A stretch of 64,000 nucleotides of DNA from a virus. Under the pieces are notes generated by a model that was given only the letters and a program-made list of their open reading frames with translations, was not told the DNA's origin and did not search any database. How positions within the stretch are numbered: the stretch's first letter is position 1; each line of letters begins with the position of its first letter. Positions 1 to 10,207 of this stretch are shown in pieces. The stretch lies in IMG/VR virus record IMGVR_UViG_3300002243_000002, positions 1 to 64,000 of that record; one strand, written 5' to 3'. Both the position numbers and the translations under genes were made by a program.

Positions 1-145
1 TGGCGGCGTCTACTGTCAGCCACGGCTCGAGGCTCTCGCGCGTGAGCACATCCTCTGGGGTGAGGTCGTCGTGGCGCACCAGGAGGCCGTGGCTGTCGAG
101 CCAGCGCAAAACGAAAGACTCCCGATTCTCGTTGGAGGACATCAT
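1..145 (-). CDS. hypothetical protein, N-terminal part only (gene continues past the left edge)
   Basis: Absent from the ORF track because no stop lies in the window. The minus-strand ATG at 145 (MMSSNENRESFVLRWLDSHGLLVRHDDLTPEDV...) stays open to nt 1. Its ATG overlaps the TGA of the upstream gene (ATGA at 142-145). Confidence 0.4.
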   Translation of the reverse strand, partial: MMSSNENRESFVLRWLDSHGLLVRHDDLTPEDVLTRESLEPWLTVDAA

Positions 146-930
146 GGACAGGCTGCTGGACAGGTGTTGCCAATGGTTGTTCTCGGACAGTACTTGCACA
201 GGGCAGCATCCGGAGCATTCCAGTTCGAAGTCTGGCAGGGTAGAAACTCCACCGGTACCTGTGGAGCCTCGTGCCACGAACTCTGCGGTGGTAGCGTAGT
301 CCAATTCATTCCTGATAGTAAGTATCCCTGCATCTTGGTCTGAAGACGGTACTTGGTACCGTCAGAACAGGTCAGTGCTTCCTGTACTGGCCAAGATCCA
401 CCTTCTGTGTATGGGCTTCTAGGCAACCCGCCACCATCAACAGTCCCGGTGAGCTTCACGAAAAATGCGTTCGCAACCGTCTTGCAGATGCCGGCCGACT
501 TAGCTTCCAGATCCTTGATAGCATTGGGACCTACTATCTTTAATGTTCCTGCATCTCGGACAGCGTAGTCATCTATTATAGTCTTTATTACCAAGACCCA
601 AATCCGTGGACCGAATACCATGACTCCCCATCCGATCGGAGATCCGAAGTTATAAGCCTGAGCTTGTGCTGTGATGACCACGCCATTCGGCAACTTGGCC
701 CACAAGCTGGCCATCACCAACCCGTTGCTTCTGGCTTCGATTCTAGGACACCACAGAGAGTTCATGAGCGTGTTGGGTGGCATCGGGTAGGGTAGCTGGA
801 AGAAGAAAGCATAGTCTCCTCCAACCTGATCAGTCGGAGGAGGAACATAGGCTTCCAGCTTGGTTATTCCTACTCCTACCAGAACTAGAAGTGCGACGCC
901 AGCGAGAATCGGAAGTAGATATTTCTTCAT
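142..930 (-). CDS. secreted or membrane-anchored protein of unknown function, distal end of tail operon
   Basis: Track ORF 142-1008 trimmed to the ATG at 930 (MKKYLLPILAGVALLVLVGVGITKLEAY...). That ATG has GAGG about 8 nt upstream and lies just after the upstream stop at 936. The N-terminus is KK plus about 20 hydrophobic residues, i.e. signal peptide or anchor-like. Confidence 0.6.
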   Translation of the reverse strand: MKKYLLPILAGVALLVLVGVGITKLEAYVPPPTDQVGGDYAFFFQLPYPMPPNTLMNSLWCPRIEARSNGLVMASLWAKLPNGVVITAQAQAYNFGSPIGWGVMVFGPRIWVLVIKTIIDDYAVRDAGTLKIVGPNAIKDLEAKSAGICKTVANAFFVKLTGTVDGGGLPRSPYTEGGSWPVQEALTCSDGTKYRLQTKMQGYLLSGMNWTTLPPQSSWHEAPQVPVEFLPCQTSNWNAPDAALCKYCPRTTIGNTCPAACP

Positions 931-935
931 TGTCA

Positions 936-3900
936 CTACCTCGTTGAGTAGATCTGCCCCGAGATCCACAACCCGTTGCAGGAGTTGCCTCCCGCGTTGT
1001 CTGCGCATAAGTACAGACTACTACCCGCAGTAGCCGCCCAAACAGCCCCCGTATCCGTCGTGTACGTCGGCCATGGACCTGCATAGTTGCCTTGCATCGT
1101 CCTGCCGTAACTCCGACGGGCGGTGCCTGTCTGATCTGTGTAGAACGCCGTCGTATCATCCCACGAGTAGATAATACCTGTTGGCGCCACAATCTGCGCA
1201 TTCGCTAGCGAGGACCTCTGCTGCAATACTCCGACTGAGTTATAGATGTATCCTTCACTACCCTGGGATAGCACGTAGTGCCGCCCATTGTTGTTGACGG
1301 CATTGCTGAGGTCCCAGCCATAGCCAGAAGCATTACGAGAGTATACCAGGTGGGATACCTGTCCTTGGTCCCGCGTCCAGCCCGCTAGGTTGGCAGCTGC
1401 AACATAGGCGTTGGACGCATTGCACGTCGTAGCAGCGTTCGAAGGAGAGGGGCAGTAGACCCCCCGGGTCTGGGACTCAATGGCAGATGCCCCCGTTGTG
1501 ACCGTAACACCCCAGACATAAGCATTCTTCGCTACATCACCTACGTACGCTCCACAGAACGTAGCAGCGCCCGTGTCCTGATTGAAGCACCCGTATTCAT
1601 AGAGAGCGCATCCACCCACTCGGACACATTTTGCCGTCACGGACTGCTTGATCCACCCACCACCGACACCAGTTATTGTACTAGTTACAGTCGACCATGC
1701 GGTGCCAAAAGTTGCGCCGGAGTTGTGTGTCATAAGTGTGGTATCCACGATGCAATAGGCAGAGTCCCCGGTATTGGCCTCATAAAGATAATTATTGATA
1801 TATCTACGAGTCCCTCCTTTTGCGTACGCGGTCAATGTTCCATACGAATTCTGAGCCAGCACTGTGGCAAGATTGTTACGCCACTGGTGATTTGTATTCG
1901 CTACGGTCTCGTTGATCCGGTCGGCTGTAGTAGTTCCATCTGGGGACACGATCTGATTCGCAGAAAAAGTTGTAGATACTGGAGTCCAGCTATCCAATGC
2001 CTCACTCCAGAATCCTAGATTTGTCACTGCGGCATGCCCTGGCAAACCCCACTGATATCTCTCATTTCCCATAGACCCACCGACCGCAGACTCGTATGCA
2101 AAAGGCACCTGCCCGGCACCCCAACAGCCTGTTCGCATCCCTTCGATCGGGTGGTTATCCACCTCATAACAGGCTTTATTTGTTCTGATATATGTGAGTG
2201 CGGCTATCGGAGACCCGCTGTTGGCTGGCACCATTGCTAGAACATCGGCATCTGTCAGCTCGTAATCCCTGATGAGTATCACACCTGCAAACATGTATGG
2301 GGACGCAATCTGTCCCGTTCCGATTACAATGTTCGCTGCATTGCCTGACGGATCTCCTGTTGTGGTGGAGCCAGCAACATGGGCAAAGGCTCCTCCATCA
2401 ACCGAGATGTAAGGAGTATACGTTGCGCCCCCGGTGTAAGTCACCTTCGCGCATAGCAGCTTTGGCGTGTTATCCGCTATATTGGTCGCTATCTCCGTTG
2501 ATGCTAATCCACCCTCGCTTGTATTGAATCTGAATCTAGGACGACCAGTAGTACGAATGGTGAGGTCATAGTAATCGTTTGCTGTGCCCTTCGACAAGAT
2601 GACTTGATCCGCTGCTGGAGCCCGGTAAAACTTCGGCACCCGGACACAAAGAGAGAAGGGTTGTGCATTGCTGGGTACTGCCGCAGCGACCCCACCACTA
2701 TGGTAATTTCCGGCAGCGTTGTATTCAACTGCTGACTTGAAAGTCCCTGTGCCAGCAGGCCAGGGCATGTCTGAGAATTGTGCCGTTGGTGTAATAGCAC
2801 TCACTGTCGTTAGATGATTCCCGTTGCCACTATGATCCCTGACTCCAATCGTATTTGTGAGTGTAGTCTCATTCATCTTGTACTGTGCAACAGCCGCTGT
2901 ACTCCAGAACGTGCCTCGCTGAGTTGTTTGTTTATAGTCAGCAAGGACCGTCGCATCAGAGTAAACTCCACCAGCTAACAACTCGGCTTCATGCATGACA
3001 CCTGTAAGGTAGTTTGCTCCAATCCGTCCCATCTGTACGACAGCTCCATTTGCTACGCTATTCGTCGGGTTCACGCCTGCACAGGTCGTAGCGAGAGCAA
3101 CACCATCCTGATACAAAACTGGGTCTGCCCACGTTGCAGCCTTTGAATGTCGACATGCTAAATGCCGCAGGAGATACCCGGAGGAAATTGTACCGTAACA
3201 GATACGAGCATCCGTGCCATCGCTGATGGCACAATAGAGGCGTGGGTTCGAGGTAGTCCACATTCCGAAACCGGCAGCCGCAGCTGAGACTGTCGAGCCA
3301 AGAATCTCCTGGGTAGCTGCCGTGATTGGGTCGTGCGTTAGAAGCACTTGGGAGACGGCTGTCGTCGAGGCTCCAATCGAGGTTATGGAGCTTGTAGTCG
3401 CAGCGACGTAGGTGCTATTCGCTCCGACAAAGCGGATTCCTCTCCTCCCTTGTCCTCGAGCCAGTAATCCACTCCAGGCTTGGTATCTTGGCGTTCCTGT
3501 GGTTGCTAGGGCAACCCCATTCTCCTCGTCGTAGAGAGCCCCAGAGCTCTCCCCGAAGTTGTACCGCCACGTATTGGCGGGCAGCGCCCCGGCAGGTCGC
3601 GCGAACCTGGGAATCGCCTGGGCTTGCAGATAGGCAGCCCCGGTGGCATCTGGTGTCAGGACCGTAGTCGCATCGTTGGACTTGACATCTTGGGCCGGTC
3701 GACCATATACCTCGAACGTTTCGGTTCCCCCCTGTGAGCAATTTACAGGAGAGCCCGACGGTGCATCGCACCCTACGTAGAACGTAAGGGCAGATAGGTC
3801 TCGTTGGGTCTGCGGTGTAACCGCATCTATCGTAGCATTGACCTGCCGCGCCTCGAGCAACGTTGGAGCGTAGACACTGGTGGCATAGTTCCTGGATACG

Positions 3901-5774
3901 GAGAGACCTCCATACCTACGAGGTGTGGTATTGGTCAACCCGTCCCTGAAATCCCAGCTGCTAACATAGTCCCGAGCCTCAGAGGCATGGGTTGGACTGC
4001 GATACTTGGCTAGATACTCAATACCGCCTGCTTGACTCTTTAAGACTAGCGCGGTGTTGATGCCCTCGGCTAGATAGGCCTGTTGATTGCCAGCCATCCA
4101 GCGGACCTGCGGAGACCCAGGAGCGGATGTGACTGGAGCTGTAGATCCCTTGTGGACTACTTCCAGCCTCTCGAGCGACTGCGGCATAAGCGAGCCTTTT
4201 GTGCTCGTAGTGGTATAATAGGAAGCGTTGCAGGTTTGAGAGACGTCTCCGGTTGTACTTGTACAGGGGTACGTAACATTGTTGGACTCGTACTGAGCGT
4301 CAGCAATATCCATGACGCACGATCCATGCGTGGTCGCATAGATACTCGCCCCTTTAGTGCCGCCTGCATTACTCGTGCAGACGTAGTAGGGAGTCCAGGT
4401 CGGGGAGTCTGTGAAGACTATGGTAGAACCAGCACGCGTCGTATCAGCATATAGATTTATACCAACACAGGTACCAGATACACGACGCGCCTCAAGACTC
4501 TGACACCACCGTTCCCCCGCGACAATAACTCCACCTCCAACAACTGCCTTGACCGCTGACTGCGCATTCGCCGAAAATGTGATCCTCCGTGCGGTGATAC
4601 TACCATCCGGGGCCTCATAATACGTTGGTGAGACTGTAGTTCCAGTGAGTGTCCAGCTCTCTAACTCATTCGCAAATCCAATTACGTTCGTCGTAGGCCC
4701 GCTTTCCGCACTCACAAGTCCGAGTGGATTTCCTCGGGCGGCATTCACACGTTCTGCTCGATACATGACCGGCCACTGTGGGTTCGTTGCAGAACCGGCA
4801 AACACACAAAGCCTTGCTCCAGTCACTGGATCTGAAGGACAAGGCCATTTGCGAGTCATGGTCTGGGTGTAGGTTAGTGTACCAACGACGCCTGGAGATG
4901 AAGCAGTGGGGACTTTGAAGGCTCGATACTCAGAGGTCATCTCGGCAAGGGTACCCAAACCATTCGCGATCAGGACCTCGCTAAGCTGTCCTGTAAAGTA
5001 GGTTGCTCCCCCAGCAGCACTGCGACCTATTCTGACATTCACAGCGTTAGCTAGCGTTAGATTCCTGACTGAGATGTCTAGGTTGACTCCGGAATTGACA
5101 TTGTCAAAATCAGCCGTAGCATTTCCAGTACGGTCTGCCCGCACTTGATAATTTCTACAACCAGCAACATTCGTTGCGGATACGACTGGCCAGGTTCCTA
5201 CCGAACCTGCTACCGTTCCTCCCCCGTCAGTAATTCTAAGAGTAAGGGCACCTGCATTAAAGTACAGATCATACCCAACACCGCCATTTATCTTCGAAAC
5301 AAGATAACCAGACGCCACTGATTGCGGGCATGCCCAGCCCTTGATAGTAAAATTATTGGTTGTCACATCTGCCGTGGCTGGAATTGCGGCATCGAAATAG
5401 TCGGTACTGCCATTGAATGCTATTCCCCGTCTACCGTTGAACCCTGTTGTATCTGGTATAGATGTATGAGTCTGGTAGATTGGTGCACCATTCGCGATGA
5501 GAACTGCTCCGACCCCCATGTCGTCTATCAGATTTCCTGCTGCTTCCTGCGTCTTCCAGCGGACACAGTTTCCTCCAGCGGCGGTTGGGCATGTCAACCA
5601 CGGCTGAGCATGACGAGCGAGGTACATATTGGACGCTTGCACCACCTGTGCAAGTAGAGGCCTCGCAAGCGGCGTGGGACCTGGAGGAGACGGAGGCCAA
5701 AGAAGCGCAACGGTGGTGATACCCACAGCAAGTCCGGCAACACCTGCCCACGGCATGTAACGACGAAGGGGCAT
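936..5774 (-). CDS. giant LamG / jelly-roll repeat protein, putative tail fibre, receptor-binding protein or adhesin
   Basis: 1612-aa ORF with AAGGAGG upstream. N-terminal hydrophobic segment (WAGVAGLAVGITTVALLW). At least three Laminin_G_3-type modules (GIAFNGSTDYFDAAIPA...FTIKGWACP; GIRFVGANSTYVAATT; FKSAVEYNAAGNYHSGG...FSLCVRVPK). Two modules carry W...(A/S)PDG..TA.RI (SWTLTGTTVSPTYYEAPDGSITARRI; SWTPVSTTFSANQIVSPDGTTTADRI), a pattern common in phage receptor-binding proteins. Confidence 0.6.
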   Translation of the reverse strand: MPLRRYMPWAGVAGLAVGITTVALLWPPSPPGPTPLARPLLAQVVQASNMYLARHAQPWLTCPTAAGGNCVRWKTQEAAGNLIDDMGVGAVLIANGAPIYQTHTSIPDTTGFNGRRGIAFNGSTDYFDAAIPATADVTTNNFTIKGWACPQSVASGYLVSKINGGVGYDLYFNAGALTLRITDGGGTVAGSVGTWPVVSATNVAGCRNYQVRADRTGNATADFDNVNSGVNLDISVRNLTLANAVNVRIGRSAAGGATYFTGQLSEVLIANGLGTLAEMTSEYRAFKVPTASSPGVVGTLTYTQTMTRKWPCPSDPVTGARLCVFAGSATNPQWPVMYRAERVNAARGNPLGLVSAESGPTTNVIGFANELESWTLTGTTVSPTYYEAPDGSITARRITFSANAQSAVKAVVGGGVIVAGERWCQSLEARRVSGTCVGINLYADTTRAGSTIVFTDSPTWTPYYVCTSNAGGTKGASIYATTHGSCVMDIADAQYESNNVTYPCTSTTGDVSQTCNASYYTTTSTKGSLMPQSLERLEVVHKGSTAPVTSAPGSPQVRWMAGNQQAYLAEGINTALVLKSQAGGIEYLAKYRSPTHASEARDYVSSWDFRDGLTNTTPRRYGGLSVSRNYATSVYAPTLLEARQVNATIDAVTPQTQRDLSALTFYVGCDAPSGSPVNCSQGGTETFEVYGRPAQDVKSNDATTVLTPDATGAAYLQAQAIPRFARPAGALPANTWRYNFGESSGALYDEENGVALATTGTPRYQAWSGLLARGQGRRGIRFVGANSTYVAATTSSITSIGASTTAVSQVLLTHDPITAATQEILGSTVSAAAAGFGMWTTSNPRLYCAISDGTDARICYGTISSGYLLRHLACRHSKAATWADPVLYQDGVALATTCAGVNPTNSVANGAVVQMGRIGANYLTGVMHEAELLAGGVYSDATVLADYKQTTQRGTFWSTAAVAQYKMNETTLTNTIGVRDHSGNGNHLTTVSAITPTAQFSDMPWPAGTGTFKSAVEYNAAGNYHSGGVAAAVPSNAQPFSLCVRVPKFYRAPAADQVILSKGTANDYYDLTIRTTGRPRFRFNTSEGGLASTEIATNIADNTPKLLCAKVTYTGGATYTPYISVDGGAFAHVAGSTTTGDPSGNAANIVIGTGQIASPYMFAGVILIRDYELTDADVLAMVPANSGSPIAALTYIRTNKACYEVDNHPIEGMRTGCWGAGQVPFAYESAVGGSMGNERYQWGLPGHAAVTNLGFWSEALDSWTPVSTTFSANQIVSPDGTTTADRINETVANTNHQWRNNLATVLAQNSYGTLTAYAKGGTRRYINNYLYEANTGDSAYCIVDTTLMTHNSGATFGTAWSTVTSTITGVGGGWIKQSVTAKCVRVGGCALYEYGCFNQDTGAATFCGAYVGDVAKNAYVWGVTVTTGASAIESQTRGVYCPSPSNAATTCNASNAYVAAANLAGWTRDQGQVSHLVYSRNASGYGWDLSNAVNNNGRHYVLSQGSEGYIYNSVGVLQQRSSLANAQIVAPTGIIYSWDDTTAFYTDQTGTARRSYGRTMQGNYAGPWPTYTTDTGAVWAATAGSSLYLCADNAGGNSCNGLWISGQIYSTR

Positions 5775-5811
5775 CGGAGCGTCCTCCTTAGGAGTTCCTT
5801 AGTGCAGGAGC

Positions 5812-6474
5812 CTACTCGCAGGGCTCCAGCGCAGCGTAGTAGCCGGTGTTGTTGCCGTAGGTTGTCGGGTCTGTGACTGTCTTCACGTACAGCCGAACGT
5901 GACCCACCTTCGGAACGACGATGATCGGTGAATGCAGGAATGCGAGCCGGCCAATCACCGCACCGGGGTCTCCTACAGCAGCTTTCGTAACCCACCGCAA
6001 GATTCCGACGTCGCTCGGGATCGTAGAGTAAAGCTGGAGCTCGTAGCGCATGCCGATCGTCAGATCTCCTGTAGAGACCTGGTGCCAGTTGGTATCTAGG
6101 ATCACAGCGCCCGCCTCGGCCTGCTGGATGTTCGCGTAATCTGCGATGTTGGCAAGGTCCGCGATGCGAAGTCCATTCTGTGTGGAATCCCAGACGCTCG
6201 CGAAGACCTTGATGAGCCCGCGGAGGTACTGCTGCACGGTGCCGTCGGCGTCGGTGACGACAGCAACTCCGTTGGTCGCCCCGAGCACAGCAAGCACCGA
6301 AGCCAGCAAGTTGGCTGCCGAGACTGCCCCGGCGCTGAGAAGCCTCGCCGCGATGTTCGCGAGGGTGGTGCTGTCACCGGCTGCGAGCGCCGCCGTCGCC
6401 TGCAGGAGAGTGGCATCCGTCTGAACGGGAGACGATTCCTTACGATGGCGATTCTTCGAGGTCGCGGTTGCCAT
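5812..6474 (-). CDS. hypothetical tail-fibre-module protein
   Basis: 220-aa ORF with AAGGAG 8 nt upstream of the ATG at 6474. Ala-rich helical N-terminus and beta-rich C-terminus. Lies between fibre-like genes. Confidence 0.5.
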   Translation of the reverse strand: MATATSKNRHRKESSPVQTDATLLQATAALAAGDSTTLANIAARLLSAGAVSAANLLASVLAVLGATNGVAVVTDADGTVQQYLRGLIKVFASVWDSTQNGLRIADLANIADYANIQQAEAGAVILDTNWHQVSTGDLTIGMRYELQLYSTIPSDVGILRWVTKAAVGDPGAVIGRLAFLHSPIIVVPKVGHVRLYVKTVTDPTTYGNNTGYYAALEPCE

Positions 6475-6575
6475 GACTTCAGCAGCTCCTTCGTGTAAGG
6501 AAACATCCCACTACCTACACACGCACCCCCACCCACCCCAGGTTAACTAATTGAGGGGAAGCTTGTCAAGAGAAA

Positions 6576-8411
6576 TTATTGCATGTCAGAGGCAAGTTGC
6601 GCTTCTGCCAGTTGCACCCAGTCTACTCTGCAGCGCAGCACTCCTCCTGTAGGGCCTACTGGAACAACATTGCTAGCCTGGAGAGCGAAAAGGTAAGGTC
6701 CTGAAGGCATAGCTGCCGGACCGATATCAACCTCCTGCTCTCCATTTCCCATGCCTGGTCCACACATTTCGGCCACTGCGGTATGATCACTCGTAATCGC
6801 CATGCGTGCTGTATACCAGGTATTTGCTAGTAATGCAGGAACGCCATACACCGTATTCACAGAAGCTGTAGCTACTGCTCCAGCTCCGTTGTCCAAAGTG
6901 ATGGTTAGTGTAGGTTGTCCAGCCACGACAGAGATTTGTAGCCAGCAGAACGCAAGCGCGAAATTAAATGCAGCTCGCACTTGCAAATCCGTGAAGGCGG
7001 GGATCTGGAATCGGAAGGAGCAGGCTGCAAAGGGTGCCTGACTCAGATCCCAGCAAGCATTCCAAAAGTTGGCGGCCGGTTCGTAGCCGAAGAACAAGCT
7101 TGCAAAATCTCCACTGGCTACATCCGCAGTCAATTCGGCGATTCCTATGCCATATGGAGCTCCGTCATTGCTATTGCGCAGGTACACCTCCGATGCGGCA
7201 CCCAAAAGGCTTTTGGACCAGTGAGAATCTGGTCCCGGAGCGTACACCGTCCGCCCGGCAACATTCGTACCTTGATATGTAAAGTTCTCATGGTACAGGT
7301 TCGGCAAACAAATGTGTCCGTACTTCTTCCCGAGGCGCAGCGATGGGGCAATGCCAGCTGCTGTCTTGGCTTGCAACGCGATGAGCGCCTTATCATTGTG
7401 CATGTAGGTTGGATCGCCATCGAGGCCAGACGAGGTTGCATCGGGTTGAAGCACGCCCCCGCCACGGGAGAGCTTGGTGTTGATCTTGACGATCATGTCG
7501 CTGAGTGCGGTGAAGAGGGACCCCGCCGACAGGCTGAGTGCAGAGAAGGCTGGCGAGGGTGAGAGAGCCGAGCCGGCAAGAGCTTCCTGGCCGAGGTGCT
7601 TCGTGCCGCCGGGGGAAGCGCCGGAGCGCTGGAGCTCCGAAGCGAGCTGGATGAGAGCCTCCCGAGGGCCGGCAGCTCGGAGCGAGATGCCGAGCGCTGC
7701 ATATCTCGGGAAGTTCGCCGTCGAGTCGAGAGCGAGCCAGTCTCCACGCCGGCCGGTCATGGCGATGTAGGCACCGCCCATCGCGACGAAATTCGCGTTG
7801 GAGGAGCAAATCGAGTCGGGCCCGCCGACAGCGCGGATCTCTTCCGAGTCGTCGAGGAGCACGTCGGCGAGTAGCACCATGTCGTTCTGGAGAGCGGCTC
7901 TCGCTACGCAGGCGTTGAGGAGGCCCTGAGCACCCATGTCGAGATGGAAGTGGAAGGAGTCGGCCACGTCGAAGTAGACGGTGGCTCCGGTGGCGTCGGT
8001 TCGTGGGTCGCTCAAGACTTCATCGAAGGCGGCCCACACGGTGACCCAGGCTTCGTTCCCCCCAGCGATGGCAATCAGGGCACCATCTCCCTCGGCCAGG
8101 GTCGTGTCGGCGGCTGCCGTGTCGCCCGTCTTCGTGAGGGCGACCGTCGCTGTGGGGATCACCACCCGCACTCCGGCATCGTCACGCACGCGAAGAGCGG
8201 TGATGGAGAGCGAAGTCGGAGAGTTTTTGGTGACGACGCCACCCGAGAGGATGCCACCTTTCACCGTGCAGTCTGGTGTGCCAGTCTTCTCCACGGCGGC
8301 GATGTCAGCGTCGACTGCCAACTGGAAGTCCGACTGCTCGACGTAGGTGAAAGCGGCGTCGAGCTCGTCTTCCGTAACCACCTCCCCGAAGTAAAAATTT
8401 TTCCGACTCAT
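6576..8411 (-). CDS. tail fibre / distal baseplate structural protein (family not recognised)
   Basis: Track ORF 6576-8420 begins at TTG. The ATG at 8411 (MSRKNFYFGEVVTEDELD...) has AGGAAGG 9 nt upstream, so the start was moved there. 611 aa. It follows the gpI-like gene, where P2/Mu-type phages place the fibre gene. Confidence 0.5.
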   Translation of the reverse strand: MSRKNFYFGEVVTEDELDAAFTYVEQSDFQLAVDADIAAVEKTGTPDCTVKGGILSGGVVTKNSPTSLSITALRVRDDAGVRVVIPTATVALTKTGDTAAADTTLAEGDGALIAIAGGNEAWVTVWAAFDEVLSDPRTDATGATVYFDVADSFHFHLDMGAQGLLNACVARAALQNDMVLLADVLLDDSEEIRAVGGPDSICSSNANFVAMGGAYIAMTGRRGDWLALDSTANFPRYAALGISLRAAGPREALIQLASELQRSGASPGGTKHLGQEALAGSALSPSPAFSALSLSAGSLFTALSDMIVKINTKLSRGGGVLQPDATSSGLDGDPTYMHNDKALIALQAKTAAGIAPSLRLGKKYGHICLPNLYHENFTYQGTNVAGRTVYAPGPDSHWSKSLLGAASEVYLRNSNDGAPYGIGIAELTADVASGDFASLFFGYEPAANFWNACWDLSQAPFAACSFRFQIPAFTDLQVRAAFNFALAFCWLQISVVAGQPTLTITLDNGAGAVATASVNTVYGVPALLANTWYTARMAITSDHTAVAEMCGPGMGNGEQEVDIGPAAMPSGPYLFALQASNVVPVGPTGGVLRCRVDWVQLAEAQLASDMQ

Positions 8412-8425
8412 TGTAACCAACCTTC

Positions 8426-10207
8426 CTAGACTGCCAGCGTCGTCGAGAGCCCGAGCACTGACGTGTTCAAGATCCAGTACGAGGTCAGGACTCCTGGTGT
8501 GGCAGGCGTCGTGATTCGCACCAGGTGCATGTTAGCCGGGTCTGCCCATTCAGCTATCTGTCTGACCATGCTCACCTGAGCTGTAGTGAGTGTAACAGGA
8601 GATCGGATCTCGTAGCAATTTCTCGCGTAGGCTGTTCCGGGGCCGAGGATGCACTCGCCATTCGGCACCCCAGTGATCTTGGTTCCCAGCCAGGATTCTC
8701 CAAGTACCCAAAGGGACAGCGATGTCCAATAGGGCAGCACGGCGAAGTGGATCCCGAGGAAAAAGTGAAGGATATTCTCGATTCCGCGCTCGGTTCCTAG
8801 GTAGTCGTACATCACACGCAGAGCCAGCGCGAGCCGGCGCTGCTCCTGTTCCGTCAGGTCGAACCTGAATGGATTCGCGAGGTCATACAGCAAATGGGGC
8901 AGCAGATGCTCCGGACAGATAGCCGGATCGTCCAGATTCTCCATCAGCCAGAGTCGGTATCTGAGCACCCGTGAGAGATCTTCGATGACGACGCACATCT
9001 TCCGCAGCTGGCCGTCAACTTCTAGGTCCTCTTGCTGGATGGCTGGCGGCATGAGATCCCAAAGAGTGAGCTCCTCTGTTGAAGCGCCAAACATCGGAGA
9101 GACGAAATCGAAGTAGGAACCTGCTACTGAGCAGGTGTTGCCCTCGACATCCTGACAGCGCTCCGCCGTGAGCCGATACATCCGACCGTAGGAGACGTCA
9201 TCGTGCCAGTAAATATCTGCTACCTGCCCGACAGCAACTCCGGATGGAAGCGTTGCTGGATCTGGAGCCCCTACGCGATTGACGAGCGGCTCGTAAGCGC
9301 ACTGAATCAATTGAGCTTGATCTATTTCTCCGATCCCTTCAGAGGAGAGTCTCGCCGTGAGCGCGTAAGGAGAGATCGAAGCCCGTAGCTTTCTTGTTCG
9401 AACGGTCCGACCTCGAACATCGAGATCTCGTCCGTCATCCTCGAGCATCTCAATTGCTGGATCTAGGGTGATTGTTTGAGCTACTAGATTGACAGCTGTA
9501 ATCCTGCGTCGTTGATTGTTGACTGGATAGCAACTGCCGGTCAGCGAAAGCATCCAACCGACCCAACTCGTGCTCAGGCTGCTGGACGGAACCCGTAACA
9601 TGTTTGCTGTGAGAATGGAGACCCCCAAGAGGAACTGATAGAAGAGTGGGGACGTTGCCTTCTCTTCCGACATGAGCACGTCGAAGATGACTCTGCATTT
9701 TCTGGGTGTAATCCAGAGAACTTCCGAGATTGCCGGTACCTTGACCGGTATCACCTCGAAACTATAATACCAATTCTCTAGTACCGCACCCGATTGCGCT
9801 TGCACCTCCACGCGGATTTGTGCGCCTTGCGGCCAAGGTGTATCAGGATCTATGGTGAGTAGCAGCTCATCATTTACGGCAGACGCTGGAGACGCACGGT
9901 AGGTAGCTAAACTGTCGGAGCCTGTAAATCCAACCTGAAACCCCCCGCCGCCCTGATCGTACGCCAATCTGCGTACGCTATCTACACTGTTTGTTATCCA
10001 AACACGCACGGTTGGATTGAGAGCTGTGGCGCCAGCTCCGTAGCCGCCCACCAGCGTGACTATCTGCAAGCAGATATTCGCCTCGGTTGGTACACGCAGC
10101 TCTTCCGAGCAAGGAACCAGGTTGATGAGCTCGAGCCCCCCATCTCCAACAAGACGTTGGATGCTGTCGACGCAGAGTGCCCCGAGGGTGGCACGGATTG
10201 CAGCCAT
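8426..10207 (-). CDS. baseplate wedge protein with C-terminal P2 gpI-like (tail protein I) domain
   Basis: 593 aa. The C-terminal ~170 aa carry the gpI-family pattern (DDPAICPEHLLPHLLYDLANPFRFDLTEQEQRRLALALRVMYDYLGTERGIENILHFFLG). There is a large N-terminal extension. The ATG abuts the upstream stop (TGAATG, 10205-10210). Confidence 0.55.
   Translation of the reverse strand: MAAIRATLGALCVDSIQRLVGDGGLELINLVPCSEELRVPTEANICLQIVTLVGGYGAGATALNPTVRVWITNSVDSVRRLAYDQGGGGFQVGFTGSDSLATYRASPASAVNDELLLTIDPDTPWPQGAQIRVEVQAQSGAVLENWYYSFEVIPVKVPAISEVLWITPRKCRVIFDVLMSEEKATSPLFYQFLLGVSILTANMLRVPSSSLSTSWVGWMLSLTGSCYPVNNQRRRITAVNLVAQTITLDPAIEMLEDDGRDLDVRGRTVRTRKLRASISPYALTARLSSEGIGEIDQAQLIQCAYEPLVNRVGAPDPATLPSGVAVGQVADIYWHDDVSYGRMYRLTAERCQDVEGNTCSVAGSYFDFVSPMFGASTEELTLWDLMPPAIQQEDLEVDGQLRKMCVVIEDLSRVLRYRLWLMENLDDPAICPEHLLPHLLYDLANPFRFDLTEQEQRRLALALRVMYDYLGTERGIENILHFFLGIHFAVLPYWTSLSLWVLGESWLGTKITGVPNGECILGPGTAYARNCYEIRSPVTLTTAQVSMVRQIAEWADPANMHLVRITTPATPGVLTSYWILNTSVLGLSTTLAV

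Noticed and set aside
936-5774. The LamG-repeat receptor-binding protein as the target of a diversity-generating retroelement.
   Set aside because: No reverse transcriptase gene and no template/variable repeat pair were seen anywhere in the window.
6507-6569. A C-rich tract (CCC...CCCCCACCCACCCC, that is G-runs on the transcribed strand) as a possible G-quadruplex, and TTGACA-N17-TTAACC as a promoter upstream of the 5812-6474 gene.
   Set aside because: Only three tight G-runs are present, and the fourth lies 16 nt away. The -10 hexamer matches the consensus poorly. Both could arise by chance in GC-rich DNA.
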